This document shows, piece after piece, positions 11,401 through 20,800 of a DNA stretch of 64,000 nt (the first letter of the stretch is position 1; every line of letters starts with the position of its first letter). The notes beneath the pieces were generated by a model, which ran no database searches, had not been told where the DNA came from, and saw nothing but the letters and a program-made list of their open reading frames with translations. A program made the translations under genes and the position numbers. The DNA comes from a virus. Location of the stretch: the IMG/VR virus record IMGVR_UViG_3300045988_123906. The stretch is one strand, 5' to 3'.

Positions 11401-12288
11401 TGTGATCTCTTCAGCGCCATTCAGGAACGTCATGGTGCGAGTATCGTTGTCATACTGCACATTGAAATTTGCCAGACCATCAACGGCAGCAATCTCGCCA
11501 CGCAGCATCGTAACAAAGCCATCAACCTCGTCCTTCTTATAGAACTGCGCCAGCTTTTCATCCACACTTGCAACTGCATTCTTTGCGTCCTGTGCGCTCT
11601 TCTCAGCAGCGGATGCGGCAACCTGTGCTTCGCCAACCTTCTGACTCATTGTTGCCAGGAACTGGGTATACCAGTCATTGCCACTCGGATCGACCATCTG
11701 CTTGCCGGTCAGCGATTTCAGCACATTCAATCGGCCATTCGGGCGGGTGCGCCACAGATAGCTCTTGGTGGTGCTTGTATTCGGGACATTCACAGCACCG
11801 GATGCCATGATCTCAAACTGCAGCTCGCCATCTTTTGCAGTAGCATCATTTGCTACCAGCCAGTAGAAGCGGATCTTGGTATTGCTGTAGCTCACGTTGA
11901 TAGGGGAAGCGTAATTCTCTTCTCTGTCTGCGTTCAGGTAGTGGATCTGAATCGTCATCTGAAGCAGGTCAATACCGTCGTAGTAACGCGGCATTTCAAA
12001 CGGAATAACCTGCGAGTTGGATTCCTGTGTGATATTGATCTGATTTGCATCCAGCTGAATATCTTTGTTTTTGTCGATGTAAGACCACTGGTCATCAGAG
12101 TAATCAGCAAACCAGGTGTAATTGCCACTACGCTCAAATGTTTCTTCTCCGTTATCATCATACACGGCAATTTGGTCTTCGTCATTTAATTCCAGAGTTG
12201 CGACATCTATATCATCAACAGAAACATTTGCGGGGCTTGCGGCTTTTTTCGCAGCCAACCGCTTAGATTCTCCAAAAGATAGTGCCAT
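5473..12288 (-). CDS. giant multi-domain tail adhesin (2271 aa)
   Basis: Single ORF with an SD. Read from the translation: a CotH-like segment (DNRAKNVF..HWDFCFDYDNDTAMG), leucine-rich repeats (LTELKVG..LEHLNLQNVPNLK..), FSGWD Listeria-Bacteroides-type repeats, and a C-terminal YWTRSP module. Confidence 0.7.
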   Translation of the reverse strand: MALSFGESKRLAAKKAASPANVSVDDIDVATLELNDEDQIAVYDDNGEETFERSGNYTWFADYSDDQWSYIDKNKDIQLDANQINITQESNSQVIPFEMPRYYDGIDLLQMTIQIHYLNADREENYASPINVSYSNTKIRFYWLVANDATAKDGELQFEIMASGAVNVPNTSTTKSYLWRTRPNGRLNVLKSLTGKQMVDPSGNDWYTQFLATMSQKVGEAQVAASAAEKSAQDAKNAVASVDEKLAQFYKKDEVDGFVTMLRGEIAAVDGLANFNVQYDNDTRTMTFLNGAEEITKIKLNTDPSAEWVSMYNGIVDNKISTAVTPVQTELTEYKTANDAAVQELKDSVGDLPETLKSSYYNKEATDALLDKKADKTTVDVLSSDVSGLKNTVGGIQTSVDLANADIAKIQETLKDFKPDENSGREYDITYEDSKLNLLENGTVKTTVIIEGGGGGGGSTSTITIERIGESSIAVVKGDTATVEFNFTSVDNSGEDTGDATGVWYVGNTKVATSTVYQGKNSFDITQYLHNGDNKIKLQVTDSVGSMGSKTWNINIVEFYLESIFDDSLVYSGEVTFRFTPYGNINKDVSFTLDGKKLGSVTTAVTGRQMTYAIPAQRHGAHLLEVTMTANINGKAVTSNTIYKDIMWAEEGNNTPIISCATKEFTAKQYSTTGIVYTVYNPASSTASITLEVDGIKTSTLTVGRTAQTWSFKSSDIGTHTLTITCGATIKSITAKIEDLGITIEPVKTGLMLDFNPAGRSNADVNRLWSSGSNKMTVSDNFDWVNGGYQIDEDGDTYFCVKAGTTATISYKLFADDAKKSGKNFKLVFKTTNVRNYDATAVTCLNGGVGLNIQAQKVTLTSHQNSIDLPICEDDFLEFEFNILPDKQFREMVLWCDGIPCRVELYDTSDSFTQAAPVGITIGSDDCDVIVYRMKSYGMNLTDDEILDNFIADAKNAEEMVSRYMRNDITDASGELTPDLLAEKCPDLRIIKISAPTFTTGKKNEVANTTIQQIYKNGRAKEDNWTATGSHKGQGTSSDHYGASARNIDINCKGGFTFGDDTTGDTYALTENSVPEKYFNIKVNVASSENANNALLADDFNEFNPYVRQAKKDNPKVRDTMAFYPCVVFIQETDTTNATVFNDGQWHFYACGDIGNSKKNKDTMGMDPENHKEFIVEIDNNADEQTRFLSGDFSQETWDGDHSFEFRYSNPACTEEEIEAGKQAWITAQNWVVNADDEEFKAHFKDHFDLDSAIFHYLFTERHTMVDNRAKNVFPHTSDLVHWDFCFDYDNDTAMGNDNEGGLTLTYGYEDTDTIGTKNVFNAADSKLWCKLRDLFPDEMAAMFRNRENALAWSATRILKKFENYQDVKPEKLWIMDMRRKYFRTYEDPTINTTSYLPMMHGNKRHQRRQFQRYQEKYMASKYSGSAATSDDMTIRGYTPTNWTGVKPDGTFHITPYADTYVSVLYGSNPVKVRGKRGQTYTIECPITAMNDTEVYIYNASIIQSIGDISGFYPGYVDFSHGVKLTELKVGSGVSGYKNTNMTDFAVGNNTLLEHLNLQNVPNLKKSIGLTGCTSLTEFYADGSGITGVSFASGGKIKIAHLPAIASLTAKNLNYLTDLTVEDYTNITTLTVEKCATIDLKDMLDKCTNLNRVRITGIDWELADTSLLNRLYAMSGLDENGYNTDNSVVEGKVHVPIIREREKLLYTERWPDLEITYNTMINQYAWKFVNKDGTVLDIQYIDKGERAVDPVTRSDNPIPTPTFPSTISTVFTFSGWDTEFTPVFDNQTVTAVYDESVRQYRVRYMNRGAVLQQTTAPYGSMVLYDGDTPTYTSEETAYKYYLFSGWDKGGYVNGDKDINAVYDICEYVSGYFRDKQLSDLRPVEIYAMTKVNLEQSVVSDKDAITIKMGNDFTFSDVEEKVLFNEPKIFTGKNYVDTGVSLLSEDRSWVMALDYRIDEDSAANSVIAQCFQTNGMNGFRFWVNNGSKVAWGTESTAGAHLGSRDMIVLRHTKGENGIHVYAANTTAAEIGYIQLNRTRTTQTNATLVFGCAKADDGAYERYAKGTIYWGKLWYTDLGDAACRKLAAWTHEDFTFEACGFKRYYLSDNSNKRCSITFIQAGLLGQKMALNTGSTNTGGWADANIRTFLDGRILNALPIGWQQIIKQVKVGSTIGDKSSEVVTADSYFYLPSVAELFPSQNVEPYIYEGTAISFMTDNTSRICNDENGNPAAYWTRSPNAQYGSYFWSVTVTGEYYGFTPANNEQGIRLMFSV

Positions 12289-12303
12289 TTGCTCACTCCT
12301 CTC

Positions 12304-14784
12304 TTATTGTTCATCTGCCGTAGTGGCAGTTAATTCGGGAAAATATTTATCAAACAAATTGTCCTGATAGAACGTATATTTGTTGTTTACGATATAAGTG
12401 TAATAAGGGTAATAGCGGCTCATAGAAAGCGACATTGTGCCTTCACCCAGATTCATAGAAATGCTCTTGATGATCCAATCCACGGGGGTCTTACCGCCCA
12501 GATATTTGGCAGCATACTGGATCTTTTCATTCACGTCGAGCCACGGAACTAGTCGCGTAGTCACACTCAGGCCGTCAGTTAGGCGGGCACGCTTCCATAG
12601 TTCGTATTGGCAAACTTCCATAGCCGCGTCATCCGTGGTGTAATTCTCGTAGTCTCCACCCGATAGAATCTCGGTTCTACGACCGATCTTTTCAATGGAT
12701 AACCGTGCATTGTACAGGTCATCAATATTGTTCGGGTCATTCACACAGATAAAAGCCATATTGTCGCAGTTATCTTCTGCCTTTTGAGCTTCGATCTCTT
12801 TGGTAGCCGGGATTTCGTCCACCAGTTTTGCCATAGCGTGGCTCTGCTGTTGGCCCAAGAAGTAAATGCGGCCAGTATTCGGATTCCACTGAAGAACATA
12901 ATACTTTGTAGCCTTAATACATCCGGGGTCTTGAATGACATCTGAACCATTGGCATCAGTCAAAGAACGATACAGCGTGCTGGTCTTTGTCTCAGAGCCA
13001 ACTTGTTCATTGCCGTCTTTATCCTTGTACTTCCATGTAAATGTCAGCACTACCGTCATTGCGCCGCTTAATACATTACCGTTCTTATCCGTCTTGGCAG
13101 CTTCAACATTTGCAGGAGCCACAAAAGATACTTTCGTTTCACTTTTCCATGTTGATTCGGTTGCGTTCAATACAAGGTTGATTGTTTTATTTGTTCCAGA
13201 CCATCCTTTTACAGTGGCAGCTCCATCCGCTTCAATCGTTGCACCAAACACTTCAACGCAGTTTCGGACAGCGGCATAATCCACTGTGGCCGACTCGCCA
13301 TCGTTGGTCACAAGCTTCTCGAATACTTCTGGGTCAAGCACAGGCGGGTCATCAAATCCACTGGGAATTTCTTTGCATACAAACACATCATCGTCAAAAC
13401 GCATCTCAAACGGATAATACAGGTCACGCAATTCTGAGAGAATATCCCAAACAGTCGAGCCAGTATCATAATCCAAGTCGTGTGGAACAGTGCGGCTCCA
13501 ATAGTCGATAGAATATTTCTTAAACTCCGTCTCGTCTCTCAGTACCGCCCAGATAGCATCACCGATACGAGTGCCTTTCTCTATGCGATGTGTGCCACCA
13601 ACCAGCTGTCCACCCAAGTCTCCGTTGATACGAGAAACTAAGTCAACACAGCTTGCCTGCACAGTGTTTTCTGTTGCGCTATATGTAAAGCCATTGGATG
13701 TAAATGTATAGCACCCTTCGTTGTACCAATAGATTTTTACACCATCAACATAAGAACTGTCAGCTGAATTGGAATAGCTAAGGAACAGGTCGTTATACAG
13801 CTCATTCAGCGCAGTCTTTGTGTCAATCACTTCTGCCTGAATGTCGTGCATGGAATGTCCTACAAACACACTGGTTTTTCCGTAGGTCTCCCTTAATTCG
13901 TCTTCGCTCTAACCGGCAATGGCAGAAACATCCACCTTACCAAGCGTAACTCCGTTCAGAACCATACCTTCAACAGCAGCAATCATTCCATGGACATGCA
14001 TTTTGTTACCATACACGAAACTATCGATGCCTGATTTGTCTACCTCAAGGATATTGGCAGGGGAGAGACCGCCGCTCATTGACTTCGCTTTTGTTGCCAC
14101 AGCATCCAGATAAGCCCAGATATCATCCTCCACAAGCGGTACAAGTCCGTCTTTGGTCTGCAGCATCGGTGTAAATGCGATATAAGGTCCATCTTGACAA
14201 ATTGGGTCATCACTTCCCAAAACTGTAGAGTAATCACCAAGTTTGGTGTACCATTCTTCTGCTTCAGCTGGGTCATCCGGTGGCGTGCCGTCATTGATCT
14301 GGTCAAAGAACGTATGATACTTTGAGATATTGGCTCGTGTCCACACCAGCACATCTCGATTCAGATTGTCGATATTGCCGTATTTTGCATAGCCTCTATT
14401 TGTGATGTCCTGAATCAAATCATCATAATTCGTCGTAGCGAGCTGATAATCCGCATTTTCCCTGATCATCTCGTCAATACTCTTTGAAGCACTGATTTTC
14501 GACATTCCTCTTCCTGACAGACCAATGAATACACGCACATTTTTACTGATCCAATCCTCTTCCGTCAGGTTAGAAATGCCGCTCTTCTTACCCAGATACA
14601 GGGTCACATTAAAGGTTCGCCGCACGTCAGATTCTGAGTCGATAGAAATAGATCCATCAATCACAAGACCTTCCAAACTATCAATTGTAATAAAATCTTT
14701 GTTCAGCATATCAATGCGGCAGTAAATATTAGACGAATGATTGTTCAATAGCGCCAGGTCTGCGTCAGTCGGAAGATATGTCAT
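12304..14784 (-). CDS. baseplate/tail structural protein, 826 codons, in-frame TAG at 13909..13911
   Basis: ORFs 13909..14784 and 12304..13869 are in the same frame with an open linker. Homology to a TMP segment runs across the TAG. Has an SD at 14784 and ends in TAA. Confidence 0.65.
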
Positions 14785-16553
14785 ACGCTGCCTCCTGGCT
14801 GATAATCACTCAGCCCATTGTTATACATGTCGCTCTCACTCTCTGCGTCACCGAGCTCCACAAAGTCGAACTCCAATACGCCCTTGTCGTAATGATCAGA
14901 GCAGGAGATAGACACATTGCCATTGACACCCATTAGCCATCTGCGGCCATCAAACATCTTCAACAGCTTCGCGCTGCCGTTGGTCAGCCATTCGCTCAGT
15001 TCATCACGGAACGCATTGCCGCCATTGATATCAAAGTCTTTCATTGTGTTATCAAAACGGATGCCAACACCAGAGAAGTGGCCGCTATAATAATTGGCTT
15101 CACTGCCAGCAAACAGATACGGATACTTGCTTCCCATCGTTTCAACAACTGTAGCAGAACGTACCTTCTCAACACTGTCGACTTTTGGCTCAAGGAAAAT
15201 ATGGTAGGTCTTATTCCCATCAGTGATCACAGCACCATCAAAGTCACTCACAACGCTGGCCTTCGCATAGCCAAGCTCAATGCCATTTGCAACTGGAGCT
15301 ACGGCGTACTCATAGTCGGTCTTGCGACCAATGGCGTACAGGTCGGTGTAATCAATCATCACATAACCATCGTCAGCGCTGTACATATAAAAATCATTGA
15401 AGTCTTTTGGCTCCAAATCCTGATTCTTTGTTGCCGATACCTCAACACGATAGTATTTCATGTTGTTCAAGAAGGTCTCAGAGAACCACTCCTTGTATTC
15501 GCTGGAACTTCTGAATTCATCGGTCGATGTAAAATCACTTGATGCCTTGATGAACTTGCGGTCAGCAGTATATGCAATCAGACAAAACGCCTTGTCCTCA
15601 GATTTGAACTGAAAAGAAAGAACTCGATTCTTGTCGATATAATCCGAGGTCACTGCCTTATAGTTGCCCATCGGCTGACCAGTCGTTTTATTGATGTGAA
15701 GGTTTGACCAGCCCATCTTCATAATGACATGATTCAGATCGATCTTTTCCTGGTAAAGCGAAGTCCAGATTGCTGCGCCTTTCTTACGTCGCTTGATTCG
15801 CAGGGCATTTGCACCACTGCTTCTTGTCAGGAAATACTGTGCGTGCATACTGATATTTGCCATACGATAGTTATTCTGCACGGTGAATTCTACGTCATTC
15901 ACATACTCTGGATAGTCAGTTCGGAACGCCTGCAAGCCAGTGTCCAGCTGATAACCGCCAACAGATTCTGCCGTCGCTCTTAGATAGTACAGGGTGTGGT
16001 TATCCAGTCCATCGATCTGAAACCCTTTCAAAGAATCACGGTAATAATAGCTCACTGACTTTTTCAGCAGTTCGCGATTCGCATCATAAAGCCAGAATTC
16101 ATAACGGTTTACAGATTCACCCTCCGATACCTTATACTTGTAAGAGAACTCAAAGGAATAAGAAGGGTAGGGAATAGTAGTCACGCCGGAAGAACTCAGG
16201 TCGTTCAGTTTGATTGTCGGTTCCTCATGGCAATAAAACAGCAGCTTGTCCGAGTATTCTGAAAACAGATTCGTGCCTTTCAGTCGGCAGCGAATGATCA
16301 TATAATACGGATCTTTGCGGTTCTCAAACGTGCCTGCCGGAATTGTAAAATATCGTGCCAGACCAGTGCCACCGGCAGGGAATGTACCAAACTTATACAC
16401 GCCTTTTGAAAGCGTATCACCCTGCAAAATACTGCCCGTCGGAGTATCGAAGACGATAAGAGCAATGATATCAATGTCTGCGTATGCGGCAAACTGAAAT
16501 GTATGATCCTTTGTGGCATCAAATGCGCCGATTTTAGATAGAATTGGTTTCAA
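14781..16553 (-). CDS. tail/baseplate structural protein (590 aa)
   Basis: ORF with SD GGAGGTGA and a TTG start. Overlapping stop/start with both neighbours. Confidence 0.6.
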   Translation of the reverse strand: MKPILSKIGAFDATKDHTFQFAAYADIDIIALIVFDTPTGSILQGDTLSKGVYKFGTFPAGGTGLARYFTIPAGTFENRKDPYYMIIRCRLKGTNLFSEYSDKLLFYCHEEPTIKLNDLSSSGVTTIPYPSYSFEFSYKYKVSEGESVNRYEFWLYDANRELLKKSVSYYYRDSLKGFQIDGLDNHTLYYLRATAESVGGYQLDTGLQAFRTDYPEYVNDVEFTVQNNYRMANISMHAQYFLTRSSGANALRIKRRKKGAAIWTSLYQEKIDLNHVIMKMGWSNLHINKTTGQPMGNYKAVTSDYIDKNRVLSFQFKSEDKAFCLIAYTADRKFIKASSDFTSTDEFRSSSEYKEWFSETFLNNMKYYRVEVSATKNQDLEPKDFNDFYMYSADDGYVMIDYTDLYAIGRKTDYEYAVAPVANGIELGYAKASVVSDFDGAVITDGNKTYHIFLEPKVDSVEKVRSATVVETMGSKYPYLFAGSEANYYSGHFSGVGIRFDNTMKDFDINGGNAFRDELSEWLTNGSAKLLKMFDGRRWLMGVNGNVSISCSDHYDKGVLEFDFVELGDAESESDMYNNGLSDYQPGGSV

Positions 16554-17770
16554 GTTATCACCTCCGAATTATCCTTCGATATATAGCAAAGCTCACCATT
16601 GGTATTCACAGCCAGATTCAATGCGGCCAGAAAATTGTCAACAGTGATTTCTGAAATCGTTTTATTGATATCTGATACGTTCGTTTTCAGGGTCGAGATG
16701 TTGGTATTTGCAGCCGAAATCTTGCGTGTCATATCTTGATAGTGATTGGATTCAGCCGTTTTTGCGTAATCAAGGTCTGTCCTTAACGAAGTAATATCAG
16801 AAGCATTTTTCTCAATGTTGCTTTTATTGTCGTATACTTGTTTCTTTGTGGCGGTATAATCTTTGTTTGTGAAACCACCAATATTATTATTAAAGCCATT
16901 CATCGAGCGCCACAGACTAGCTACATCGTCGGCTTCTTTTGTCTCAAGAGCACTTACACGCTCAACCGCTGCGTTTGCAGTTGTGTCATCCGTATACTTT
17001 GTTGCAACAGCCCAGTCGCTAAATGTCTATTTTTCGGTTTCACCTCTTGCAGTAATACAGATATACAATGCACCACCGACACCGCCATAAATCCATAGAT
17101 CATTCACATCGTATGGAGCAGTCGGTGTGTCAGTAAAAACACGGACTTTTTCTGTCGCAAGATCTCGTGCGGATGTTGACATCGACAGTGCATTGATAAC
17201 ACCGGCATCAACAATTTCCATCCAGAAATACTGCTGTTTATCCTGGTCATATACCCAACGATAGCAAATGCCAGTCCTTTTATCATAGTAGATGTCGTTG
17301 ACGTGCGCTTGTTTCTCTTCATCTGTCTTCCAATCTGAAGCAGGATAGTTGTATGTATGCGGATGACCATTTCTGTACCAAGTATTAATGGTATTTTTCA
17401 GCTGATCCTGAACAGTATCTTCTGTCTGCTGGGATTTGTCTTTCATCGACTCAAACTCGGCGTTCAAGCTATCAACACCGGTCACCAGAGATTTCACTGT
17501 CAAAATCTCAACGCTGGTATTACTCTCCGATACGATCAGGTTACGGAAGTTGCCCTGCAATGCAGTCACAACAACCTTCTGGCCCACAATGTAGTCGTGA
17601 TTTGTTACAATGCCGTACTCGCCACCGAATACAGCGATTTTATAGTGCTGGTCTTCTTTTTCTGTAATCACTCCATAGGCGGACACGTCAAATTTTGCGT
17701 TCTTTACGGCGTGTTCGGCGGCAGAAGTCACCACCTCGGCCAGCACATCAGTTACTGATTTATCTGCCAT
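16550..17770 (-). CDS. tail-associated structural protein, 406 codons, in-frame TAG at 17027..17029
   Basis: ATG 17770 follows TAGGAGGAA. ORFs 17027..17788 and 16550..16903 are in the same frame and the 41-codon linker is open. Contains the motif NDIYYDKRTGICYRW..W. Confidence 0.6.
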
Positions 17771-17786
17771 CCTATTCCTCCTAATC

Positions 17787-17830
17787 AAAAATAAAAGCCG
17801 ACCTGCTAGGCTATCCTAGTGGTATCGGCT
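17787..17830 (-). terminator. rho-independent terminator after the tape-measure gene
   Basis: The minus-strand RNA forms AGCCGA...TCGGCU with an inner CUAGG/CCUAG stem, followed by UUUAUUUUU. Confidence 0.6.
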
Positions 17831-17844
17831 GTAAAAACTATTAC

Positions 17845-20800
17845 TTACCGCTTGCTTTGCATTTGAGCAACCTTAGTCGGTAACTTCTGTTTGATTTCAT
17901 TTGCCAGAGCATCAGAGCTGCCAACGGGATTCGTGATAATAATATCGCCAATCGAAGTTGTAACATCTCCACCGCCGCCCTGAACAATCGGCTGAGAACC
18001 GTACTTTGCCATCTGCTTCTGGAACCATGCATCCGGGTTGCCGCCCATCTCGAACAGGCGAGAGGTGATATCAGCAGGAACAACACCATCGCCAGTCTCA
18101 AGGTAAGTGTACCGACCGGAATCCGGCTTACGAACCAGCATCTCAGGACCCTGCTCGTCAACGTTAGCCATGTGCGGGAACTTAGCAGACTTCAGACCAT
18201 TTGCATGGCCAAACAGACTGCCAAAGAAACCGCCAATTGCAGCACCGCCAATTGCACCCAGAGGCCCAAGGAATGAACCAACGGCAGCACCGATACCAGC
18301 ACCAGCAGCGGCTGTCACGCCCTTGCTTGGACCGGTATTCTGCTGTGTGCTCTGTTGTGCTTTTTGACTTGCTTCACTGATTGCGGCAGAAGTATCAGCA
18401 GCCTTCTTACCAACGGCTTCAAATGCATCGCCTGTGGTCGCCAAATCGTTTTTAATCGATGTAACGGCAGCTTCACATCCGGCCTTGATGGCGTTGTAAG
18501 ACTGGTCCATCATCCATGTCAGATTGGTGTTAATGTCCTTTGCGCCAGGCTCAACATTTGCCCATGCGTTATCCGTCTCAGTGGATAGAGAACCGCCATC
18601 GCCAAACGTATTTGTGGCATCAGAGGTGATCTCGTCATAAGCACCGCCAATGGTTTGCTCGGTCATGTCTGCCAGATGAGTTACGCCAGCCTCGTTCATG
18701 CTCCAACTATTGTCAAAGCACGCACGCATATCGTACATCAGCTTCTGGGTGTCTTGGCTGGTGTCAGCCCATGCTTGCTCCATTGTCTTTTGAACATTGG
18801 TGCTCAGGGTTTTTACACCGCCACCAACCTTACTCCAGCTGTGACCGAATGCCTTGGAGATCTCGTTCATGGCCTTATTTGTGCTATCAACAGAAGACTT
18901 ATAAGACGCATTCAGCTTATCCGCAATCTCTTTAGACATGTCGCCGGAAGTGGAAGCAAGGCTGTTCCATCCGCTGGTATAGATCTTTTGCAGCGAATCG
19001 AACATCGTGTTGGTGACATCTTCAACCTGTTCGGCGCTCAGGCCGGTATTCTCATTCAGTGCATCAAAGGTGTTGTTTACCAGCTCATTCATCTTCTCAG
19101 ACATCTTTTTGCTGGTTTTTTCAATATCCTTTGTGTCCAGACCGAGCTCGCCAGCCACAGATTTCCAGCTAGACTCAAAGTTGCTCGTCATAGACGAAAT
19201 TTGGCTCTGAGCCGCCTTCTTTGTGTTGCTGGTGGATTCTGTCACTGTCTTAGAGGAGTTGATCTTACCGACCGTAGACATACGATATACAGTCTTAGTG
19301 GCCATATAAATCATGCTTTGAACGGCAGCAATGATCGGATTATCACTCTTCTTGAAGATATCAGAGAGTCCAGACATGAACTCGTTTGTATCACCAAGGA
19401 TCTCATCATATTCGCTCTCGAAAATTGAGCCAACGCCAGCGGCTGCGGCAGCTGCGGCACCACTCAATTGAGCATTCGGACCTTGGGCACTCATACCGGC
19501 ACCGGCAGCGGCACTACCAGTCACTTCGGCCAAGCCCTTTGCCAGCCAGCCCTCGGGGTTAGCACCAATCGCCATCAGGTTGTCGGTTTCCTTTGCAGGG
19601 ATAACACCGTCACCTTTTTCAAGATAGGTCATGCGTCCCTGATCGGGGTTACGAACAATTAGCTCTTCGCCCTTTTCATCAACGTTTGCAATCTGACCCT
19701 TCTTAACACCACGAGTACCCTTTGCATATTTCTTTGCTTGGAATGCAGGAGTAGGTTCATCAACCTGTGTACTGGAAACATTACTTGCAATTGAAGCAAT
19801 CGTAGCAATCAGAGCAACTGCACCTGCAACAGCTGCGGCGGCAGCAATCCAACCAGCAATAGGAATGGAAGAAAGAGCGGCAGCAATCGCTTGCATCATA
19901 GCGGCCATGGCACTGCCAACGCTCGTCACCAGAGTACCAAGTCCGGCGAAGATAGAAGGGAAGAAGCTTACAACGCCAGACGAGATGGCACTACCGATAG
20001 ACTGTGCGCCAGCCGCAATTGGGCCAAACATACTTCCGATGGTATCAACAATATTTAACAAACCACCATTAGCGACATTGTTTGCTGTTGAGAATCCGTT
20101 CGTAAAGAACCCAATAATATCAGTAAACAGGTTGCCTGTTTTACCAGAAATGGCATCACTTACACTATTGAAAATCCCGCTTATATCCCATAGATTTCCA
20201 TTAGTTGCACTTAAAAGACGATCAAAGAAGTTACTAGATGTTCCTTCAATACTACGTGTACCAACAGATACATCACGACCGATGATTTTTAATTTCGCAC
20301 TATTCCAAGAAATAAGATCATTGAAACTTTTTCTGTTCTTACCAGTGATCAAATTCCAGCCGTCAGAAACCACTTTGGCTGCTCCGTCAAACATCTTCTT
20401 AAAGCCGCCACCAAGATCAAAATCACCGTTTTCGCCAGTGAATATGTTCTTGATTTGGTTGATAAAGCCAAAGACTCCGCCGCCATTACCAGCTCCGCCA
20501 TTAAGGGTGTTCAAGATATTCGCCAGCGTCTCCAAAGTAGAGATCAGATTGGAAATATCAGTGATAACATTCTTGACATTCGTCGCGCCCTGAATGGCCT
20601 GCATATTGTTAAGGACACTACCCTTGAAACCGTCATAGTGACCTTCCATCTGCTCAAAGGTCATGGCCTCGAACTCGGCTGTGTATTTTAGCTTCTTCTG
20701 ATAATCATCCCAGCTGGTGCCAATAAGATTATTGGTTTCCTGAACTTTATCTTTGAGCTTTTCCAGCTTGTCAATTTCATCTTTCTTTTTGTACTCACGC

